A stretch of 59,342 bases of DNA, counting the filler. It is 7 parts of 7 records of this genome, joined end to end, with 100 filler letters (N's around TTAATTAATTAA, not from the genome) between each part and the next. Parts side by side here need not be neighbours in the genome. Positions count along the whole stretch, not along the records: positions 50,432 to 59,342 come from SRR31147125_6016; 6 more parts are not named here. One strand, given 5' to 3'. Under the pieces are notes generated by a model. It did not search any database, was not told the origin of the DNA, and saw only the letters and a list, made by a program, of their open reading frames with translations. The translations under genes and the position numbers were made by a program. Positions 55,401 to 59,342 of the stretch are shown one piece after another. Numbering within the stretch: the stretch's first letter is position 1; the number at the start of each line of letters is the position of its first letter.

Positions 55401-56902
55401 ACTGTATTAGCCGACTCGAAATTCGCTTCGTTAATTGGAAATAATGCATATCGGATATCATAAGAAGCAGCCATACGGGACGGATTGTCATCACCACTAG
55501 CGGTCCAGGCAAGGGTTATGGAATTTGATGTAGAGCTGGTAGTTACTAAATCCGTGACAGCATTTGGTGGGATTGTATCTGGTCCTGCCAAGGCATAAAA
55601 AGCATTCAGTCTACCACCTGTAACCGTTCTTCCTTCTAATGCTTGATTCGGATCTACAGAATTCATAATTCTTTGCTTGATCTCAGATCCAGTCATGCCT
55701 GGATTTTGAGACCATATTAGAGCAGCTACACCAGCCACATGAGGTGTTGCCATGGAGGTTCCGCTGAGAGATGCGTACCTATTTCCACGAATTGTGCTAT
55801 AAATGTTCGAACCTGGAGCCCCCAAGTCAACTGATGTTAGCCCAAAATTGGAAAAGGAAGATTTTGCATCATTATGCGTAGTGGCTGCAATCGAGATGAT
55901 ATTATCCAATTCATAATCAGATGGATAATGGTGTAACACATCATTATTTATGCCGTCGTTTCCACAAGCTGCCATGAACAGCATTCCCGCAGCTTCTGAT
56001 GCTGCTATCGCATCCAACAATGCTTGGGAAAATGCATCACCACCCCAACTATTGCTGGTTAATTTTGCTCCCATCATGGTGGCATATTCTATGGCCAATA
56101 TCGCATTTGAAACAGCGCCTCCACCGCTACTCCCCAAAAACTTTAGAGGTATAATTTTAGCCGACCAACACACACCAACCACACCGATACCATTATTCCC
56201 AACAGCAGCAATGGTTCCAGATACATGTGTACCATGACCATTGTCATCCATGGGATCGTTGTCCCCATTAATAAAATCCCATCCTCGAACGTCGTCCACG
56301 TAACCATTGCCATCATCATCAACACCATTATCCGGAATCTCTCCCGGATTTTTCCATATGTTCTCAGCCAGGTCTTCATGGAGCCAATCTACACCAGTAT
56401 CGATTACTCCAACCAACACATCAGTTCCGGTTTGAATTTCCCAGGCTTCAGGTGCATCGATATCTGCATCAAGCATTCCTCCTGTTTGACCAGTATTATC
56501 AAGTCCCCATAGTTGCGAAACGTTTGGATCATTTGGAATAGCATTTATCACTGAGACTAAATAGTTTGGCTCGATGTATTCAATTTGTGGGTCACTCTTA
56601 TATAGGTTAACCGCCTCATCTACAGTAACATTGGAGATTTCCCAAAGCTCGGCATCAATTATTTGCAATTTTTTGATAACTGAGGCATTGAGATTTGCTC
56701 TCATTGTCACAATGTTACTCTGTAGGTTACCTTCCTTGAATTTGACAATGAGTTGATTTTCAACATGGTCGATACTGGGTTGTGTTTGAACATCGAATAC
56801 AATAACGAGCAGAAGAAGAACTGGAAGTTTGGCAGTTATCGTTCTGCAGTTCAAGGCACTTGAACGAAAAAGTTGATAAATATTGTACATGTTATAATTC
56901 AC
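52415..56902 (-). CDS. Multidomain subtilisin (S8) protease with FN3, cohesin x2, dockerin and FlgD-Ig/T9SS-type CTD
   Basis: Catalytic triad 'VIDTG', 'HGTHVSG', 'GTSMATPH'; duplicated dockerin-like 'FDAAL' helices with 'ADVDEDG'; CTD 'QNYPNPFNP'; exact start uncertain. Confidence 0.88.
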   Translation of the reverse strand: MNYNMYNIYQLFRSSALNCRTITAKLPVLLLLVIVFDVQTQPSIDHVENQLIVKFKEGNLQSNIVTMRANLNASVIKKLQIIDAELWEISNVTVDEAVNLYKSDPQIEYIEPNYLVSVINAIPNDPNVSQLWGLDNTGQTGGMLDADIDAPEAWEIQTGTDVLVGVIDTGVDWLHEDLAENIWKNPGEIPDNGVDDDGNGYVDDVRGWDFINGDNDPMDDNGHGTHVSGTIAAVGNNGIGVVGVCWSAKIIPLKFLGSSGGGAVSNAILAIEYATMMGAKLTSNSWGGDAFSQALLDAIAASEAAGMLFMAACGNDGINNDVLHHYPSDYELDNIISIAATTHNDAKSSFSNFGLTSVDLGAPGSNIYSTIRGNRYASLSGTSMATPHVAGVAALIWSQNPGMTGSEIKQRIMNSVDPNQALEGRTVTGGRLNAFYALAGPDTIPPNAVTDLVTTSSTSNSITLAWTASGDDNPSRMAASYDIRYALFPINEANFESANTVQGEPKPHENGSAESYTVTGLDVNTTYHFALKVLDRWGNQSTVSNSPTGTTSGPPNITLIRGDIVETLPIGATATRPFTISNTGEGTLSFDISIDGTGNSSANLSKSIELNNMGERNVDWMLQILRANEQVAQSILPLAIENANNVSSVISQVGAEEILAKRQQSFSSITETIYAVVLDGIGTTARSSFLWDELNASWSAYGDKEILIDYSTFHAIDITYEALAENGADVIIITNNWNPMHEYGPFSPTEAMAIAQYVNEGAGLYISGGTFNNGGFPELQPHVDFLAPLVGLSVSETYFWGNDTYGSAINFEVPEHPILRNIFEPYASGWQDETLIPHNGTWTAGVITTGTLVGISDNSKTALIVNGNRIFHTGLPEHESGTNSDKQFLYNVITQTVGWLSLEPFKGTIYAGNNIDISANFDATDLNSGDYELNMVIFSNDPDDSPLTVPVTLTVSDGSPTDELNLSWSEPQLNNAPGARDTLYVFINDLTSQNIVSYQMVVTFDENVLDAVGAISNGTVSKTFGEPTVNSDIGGEITIGGFGTQPLSGSGKFIGLIFDVIGNPGDATDLCIQSVSFNSGEPAVAIPNPCSSFQVMGSGNLFIEGSVTYDITDSPVPNVTLGLSGGMSTNLSTDQNGKYQFGKLQGGLNYTVVPSKSGDFEDDCVTCFDAALTAKHSVGLISFTPEQQKAADVDEDGYIFAFDAALICRYAVGLPPLNEKQQTGQWRFDPRRRTYTALSENATEQFYGATLLGDVDGNWITPTTAKRVAISRHANHCDKIVNPGEIISLPLEIENGVSLFSIDMELEYDSAVLNFLGVTKTGLSENLELFSNSKNGRLKVGAFATEPVKEGGTLLLLQFEVIGEEKSQTFLTFKRYQLNGNPAKRSVTKVIVDSSSKFPTQFALSQNYPNPFNPSTTIRFDIPKVDGEKLKTHLSIYNANGKLVRILLDEERPPGSYEIQWDGRNETGQPIASGIYLYKLVVGEFIASKKMIFLK

Positions 56903-57135
56903 CTATTTATAATTAGTCAGTTACTCATTGACCGAAAACAGTCCTTTCTCTATTCTCAGTACCTAATCATTTTATTCTAATTTAATTAATTAGTCAAAAA
57001 CTCGCGCACTAAAATGCCAAGGGTAATCTCTCGAAAGTACCGCAGATTATCGCCGACAAAAACAATAACTTTTATAAAATTAAAAGTAAAAGACATGTTT
57101 TTTCTAAAAGACCTTCTCATAACAAAGCTGTTCCA

Positions 57136-57151
57136 TACAAAAACCGTGCCT
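57136..57151 (-). promoter_or_regulatory. Sigma54-like -24/-12 element upstream of the protease/cohesin operon
   Basis: AGGCACGGTTTTTGTA (GGCAC-N5-TTGT). Confidence 0.35.
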
Positions 57152-57193
57152 TTCCCTGCAAACATTAGGCTGTAATGTGTAGTCCATACCTAA

Positions 57194-59084
57194 GGGCCTG
57201 CTCAAAAATTAATTATAATTATTGATTCATAATTGTATCACAATTAAAGAGCGAGGTCATAAGATATTGTCATAACATATTGGTTTTAAAGCAAATAATT
57301 TTCTTGACTTTGACCGTAATATATGATACATTTATGAATTAATGTCCTATCGTTCATAAATGTGCCAAAGATAATGAAAAGCTCAAAAGATTCAAATAAA
57401 AATCTCATTCTTGCTTTTAATACAAAAAAGCTTCTAACCATTTATGAAATTAAAAGCATTATAAATTCAAACTCGCGAATGACTGCGCATCGCCATTTGT
57501 GTCGTCTGGATTACAATACAAGTTATTCCCACGCCGGTCGTTATTACACATTGCACTCAATAGCCAAATACAATCGTTTGGGATTATGGCGCTTTAACGG
57601 CGTTTATTTTTCAAAACACGGTTCTCTTTCGTCTACCATTGAAAAATTCGTCAATAATTCGGAACAAGGTTGTTTTGCTTCGGAACTGCGAAAAATTTTA
57701 AAAGTCTTTGTTCATAATGAGCTTTACAACTTGTTCCTGAAGGGGAAAATTTATAGAGAACAAATTGGGAATGAGTTCCTTTACATATCTCCTGTTTACA
57801 GTAACGTCCAGCTCGACAACAGAAAATCGCTCATACAAGCGTCGGTCAAAGAAGATTTAAAACAATATGCTTATAAAGCCGATCATATTGAATATTTAAA
57901 AATGTTTTTATCTATTTTAAACGAGAAGCAACGCCGTTTATTTTTAGGATTTGAATCCTTAAAACTCGGTTATGGCGGCGATACGATTATTTCAAAAAAA
58001 GCGGAGTGGGCATTCGCGCCATAAGTAAAGGTCGCAAAGAATTGCTTTCTCATAATATCGTTCCGGATCGAATTCGGAGTAAAGGCGGCGGCCGGCCGTC
58101 CATAAAAAAACTTAAATACTCGTTGAGATTGAGAAAATTATAGAAAACGACAAGGCCAGTTCGCCCGTTCAAAATCAAAAATGGACGAGAAAAAGCGCGT
58201 GCAATATCAGGAAAAGTCTAAAAGGAAAAAATACTTTCATATGCCCGAACACAACTGGCTCAATCCTTAAATTGCTGAATTATTCGTTAAAAGCGACTCG
58301 CAAGACCGTGTCGGAAACATCGCATTCTAACCGAAACGAACAATTCGAATACGTTGCCGACTTGAAAAGCCATTTTGTTGTTTTACTTCAACTGATTTTA
58401 AGCGTCGACAGGAAAAAGAAAGAGCTTGTCGGTAATTTTAAAAACAGCGGTAGAAAATGGTCAAAAGAATATGGTCATGTCTTAAATCACGACATTCGGT
58501 CAAAGGCCGTTGGAATAGCTAACCCGTATGGAATATACGATCTAACCGAAAACTATGGTTTTATTGTTATTGGAACATCCTGCGACACGGCGGAATTCGC
58601 CGGAGAAACAATTGAAAATTGGTTAGTTATGTACGATTTAAAGCGTTATAAGAATTTACAGAAAATACTTATTCTTTGCGATTCGGAAGGAAGCAATGAT
58701 TACCGAGTTCGGTTATGGAGATACGTGTTATATTGTATGCTTTCATGTAAATATAATATTTCCGTTACCGTTTGCCATTATCCCTCGGGCGCTTCAAAAT
58801 GGAATCCGCTTGATCATCGATTGTTCAGCTTTATAACCATAAATTGGGCCGTCGTGCCTTTGAGATCCTATGAAACAATGCTAAAATGCATTCGTCAAAT
58901 GACAAATAGTAAAGGCTTAAAAGTGAACGCCATTTTGAATAAAAAAGATTACGCCAAAGGCGCAAAAGTAACAAACGATCCAATGAAATCGATTAGTATC
59001 AGAGAACATAGCATACTTCATAAATGGAACTATACAATTGGTCCAAATTAAATAAAGAATTGCATTTTATTTTTGAGCAGGCCC
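57194..59084 (+). mobile_element. ISAzo13-family insertion sequence (1891 bp)
   Basis: 16-bp perfect TIRs GGGCCTGCTCAAAAAT (57194-57209 and 59069-59084), flanked by TAA direct repeats (57191-57193, 59085-59087). Confidence 0.88.
57362..59051 (+). pseudogene. ISAzo13-family (Rhodopirellula-type DDE) transposase, frameshifted/degenerate
   Basis: 'LNEKQRRLF', 'GGGRPS', 'SVDRKKKELVGNFKN', 'HYPSGASKWNPLDHRLFS', 'WNYTI'; frame breaks at A7 57994-58000 and A7 58104-58110. Confidence 0.8.
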
Positions 59085-59342
59085 TAAGTCAGTTCGTATG
59101 TTACATTTTTTAAAACTAGTATAACTTAGCTGCACCCAACTTAGATAGATTTCTCACTTGAAGAGTACAAAATTGAAATTGCGAAATTCAAAATGGAAAT
59201 AATTTCGATTACTTGCTGAATATCATCAAAGTGAGTGTCATCAACACAGCTGTTTTTAAAATTGCTAACTGAACTATTTGTTATTTTGAACATGTTACAT
59301 TGGCAAAACTATTTTAGGTAGCGTATAATTAACTGTTGCTAT

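Overview
This window is not one locus. It consists of seven short contigs joined by six artificial 100-nt spacers (N44-TTAATTAATTAA-N44), and composition and gene content suggest several organisms, so synteny is only meaningful within a contig. A (1-9813): carbohydrate-use genes (unclassified GH-like protein, DHDPS-family aldolase, GH78 rhamnosidase) and small membrane proteins. B (9914-19262): partial tRNA-Pro, an ArsB/NhaD permease translationally coupled to a catalytically degenerate eIF2B/R15P-isomerase-like protein, S66 peptidase, serine hydrolase and mreBCD-mrdA. C (19363-26581, higher GC): a membrane HAMP-PAS-DEDDh exonuclease, selA-selB-selD (SelD itself has an in-frame UGA/Sec), a small tatA-like gene absent from the ORF track, and tRNA-Ala. 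D (26682-37714): metal ABC permeases, GNAT, a B-box-HDOD protein with a sensor-less hybrid kinase, Gfo/Idh/MocA, GH29 and an S9-type peptidase. E (37815-42936): NMT1-like sensor fragment, trypsin, PIN-PhoH and cupin. F (43037-50331): TonB receptor / CTD protein / PorV-like cassette. G (50432-59342): three secreted cohesin-bearing proteins, one an S8 protease with a dockerin, plus an ISAzo13-family IS with TIRs and a TAA target duplication. Many genes have single-base deletions in homopolymers, most likely sequencing errors. The best candidates for under-described systems are the cohesin/dockerin protease operon, the SusD-less TBDR-CTD-PorV cassette, and the permease plus eIF2B-like pseudoenzyme pair. 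All family calls come from motif recognition; no database searches were run.
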